Origin: Gemmatimonadota bacterium
GTDB taxonomy: Bacteria; Gemmatimonadota; Gemmatimonadetes; Gemmatimonadales; GWC2-71-9
Direction: 5' to 3'
DNA length: 16,395 nucleotides
Assembly (NCBI GenBank): GCA_036679605.1
Contig: JAZDCZ010000230.1
Span: forward strand, 1-16,395
Shown: in pieces, positions 15,376-16,395 of the stretch
How positions within the stretch are numbered: position 1 is the first letter of the stretch
How the letters are laid out: every line of letters starts with the position of its first letter
Translations under genes and position numbers: made by a program
The notes under the pieces: generated by a model
What the model was told of the DNA's origin: nothing
Databases searched by the model: none
Seen by the model: only the letters and a program-made list of their open reading frames with translations

Positions 15376-16395
15376 ATGACTCGGATCGCCCTAGCTACTT
15401 GGATCGCAGCGGTTTGTGTTTTGCAGGCTGCCGGGAACGCCTATGCGTTTCCGCTTACGAAAACAGAACGCGTTTGCGCGACCACATTCATTAAAGGTTC
15501 GAGCAAAGTCCTAGCTACCTACGGCAAAGCGGCCGCAAAGTGCGTGAAAGACATCGGCCGGGAGTCGGCGGTCTCGATCGATCCGGCTACATGCGTGGCC
15601 GCCGACCCCAAAAGCAAGCTTCTCAAGGCAAGATCCAAGGTCGATGCCGGCATCGCGAAGAAGTGCTCAGCCGGCTTGCCCTACCCCATGGCCTGCCCTG
15701 AGCCCTGCTCTAGTACCACCGCGGGCGGCGCGACCACCCAGATCGATGATCCGACGGAACTCGGCGCTTGTCTCCAGTGCTTGAACCCGGCGATAAGTTG
15801 GTCGGGACCGCAGCCGGCGATAATAAAAGGACTGCACGGCGCGATACTCGACGGTACGACCTTGGCGATCGCCTCGACCGACCCAGCACTCGCACACTGT
15901 CAGGCCAGCATCGTCAAACGTTACGACAAACTCTTCAAAACCGAAGTGCAAGAACTGTTCAAATGCGCAAAAACCGTGTTCAAGGATGATTCGCTCTTGG
16001 CACCGCCGGTCGACTGCATCACAACGGCCACCGCTTCGCTGAAAACACAGAAAGCAGTCGCCAAAGTGGTCCTGGAGATCGCTCGTTGCCCGGTTGGACC
16101 TCCCTTTGACGGCGGCGCCTGCGCTCTACAGGCAAGCGACCCCGGCCTCACGAACTGCCTACGCGCAGAAACCGAATGCCGTCTGTGTCGCTGGGGGGCG
16201 TCACTTCTAGGTGCGACGGTCGATTGCGATTTGTTCGACGACGCCCAGGCAAATAACAGCTGCATCGAAGAACTCGCGGCAACCACGACCACCTTCCCGG
16301 TGGCTACGACCACGACCACCTTCCCGGTCGTGACTACCACCACGACACTGCCCTCGACTTGCGGCATCTTCGTTGACAGTTGGGGAAGCCTCGGG
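15376..16395 (+). CDS. Secreted Cys-rich helical-repeat protein with Thr-rich linker, probably continuing into an NHL domain (truncated at window end)
   Basis: Not in the ORF track. ATG 15376 with GGAAAGGA RBS lies 15 nt after the upstream stop, and the frame is open for 340 codons to the edge. It has the signal peptide MTRIALATWIAAVCVLQAAGNAYA|, two C-x21-C modules, ECRLC...DCDLFDDAQANNSC and a TTTTFPV linker, and ends CGIFVDSWGSLG. Confidence 0.88.
   Translation, partial: MTRIALATWIAAVCVLQAAGNAYAFPLTKTERVCATTFIKGSSKVLATYGKAAAKCVKDIGRESAVSIDPATCVAADPKSKLLKARSKVDAGIAKKCSAGLPYPMACPEPCSSTTAGGATTQIDDPTELGACLQCLNPAISWSGPQPAIIKGLHGAILDGTTLAIASTDPALAHCQASIVKRYDKLFKTEVQELFKCAKTVFKDDSLLAPPVDCITTATASLKTQKAVAKVVLEIARCPVGPPFDGGACALQASDPGLTNCLRAETECRLCRWGASLLGATVDCDLFDDAQANNSCIEELAATTTTFPVATTTTTFPVVTTTTTLPSTCGIFVDSWGSLG
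16282..16353 (+). repeat. 27-bp tandem repeat encoding the Thr-rich linker (TTTTFPVAT / TTTTFPVVT / TTTTLP)
   Basis: accacgaccaccttcccggt occurs identically at 16282 and 16309, with a degenerate third copy at 16336. Confidence 0.85.

Noticed and set aside
15921..16367. 148-aa minus ORF with VVVVVxTGK repeats
   Set aside because: It is the antisense read-out of the Thr-rich linker of the plus-strand gene starting at 15376.

Overview
GC-rich bacterial window. It is probably from a Candidatus Binatia/Myxococcota-like deltaproteobacterium, inferred only from protein motifs. The window is organised as two divergent arms around a ~400-bp intergenic region (13144-13539) that holds two back-to-back sigma54-type (-24/-12) promoter matches. 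The minus arm is a tightly coupled operon: a possible 39-aa leader ORF, a COG4671-like GT-B glycosyltransferase, two GT4 glycosyltransferases, an MsbA-like ABC exporter, two APH-fold kinases and a PAPS-dependent sulfotransferase. It continues with an unusual SPOR-domain + AlgE-like (alginate-export) outer-membrane porin, a secreted dockerin-like/NHL-propeller protein and a truncated secreted Cys-rich protein. The plus arm encodes a secreted protein with seven 55-aa repeats and a Cys/Lys-rich C-terminal domain, then a truncated secreted Cys-rich protein with a Thr-rich linker. The best candidate for an undescribed system is a sigma54-controlled pathway that builds, phosphorylates, sulfates and exports an anionic glycan or glycoconjugate through a possibly septum-targeted pore. 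No rRNA, tRNA, CRISPR or mobile element was seen.
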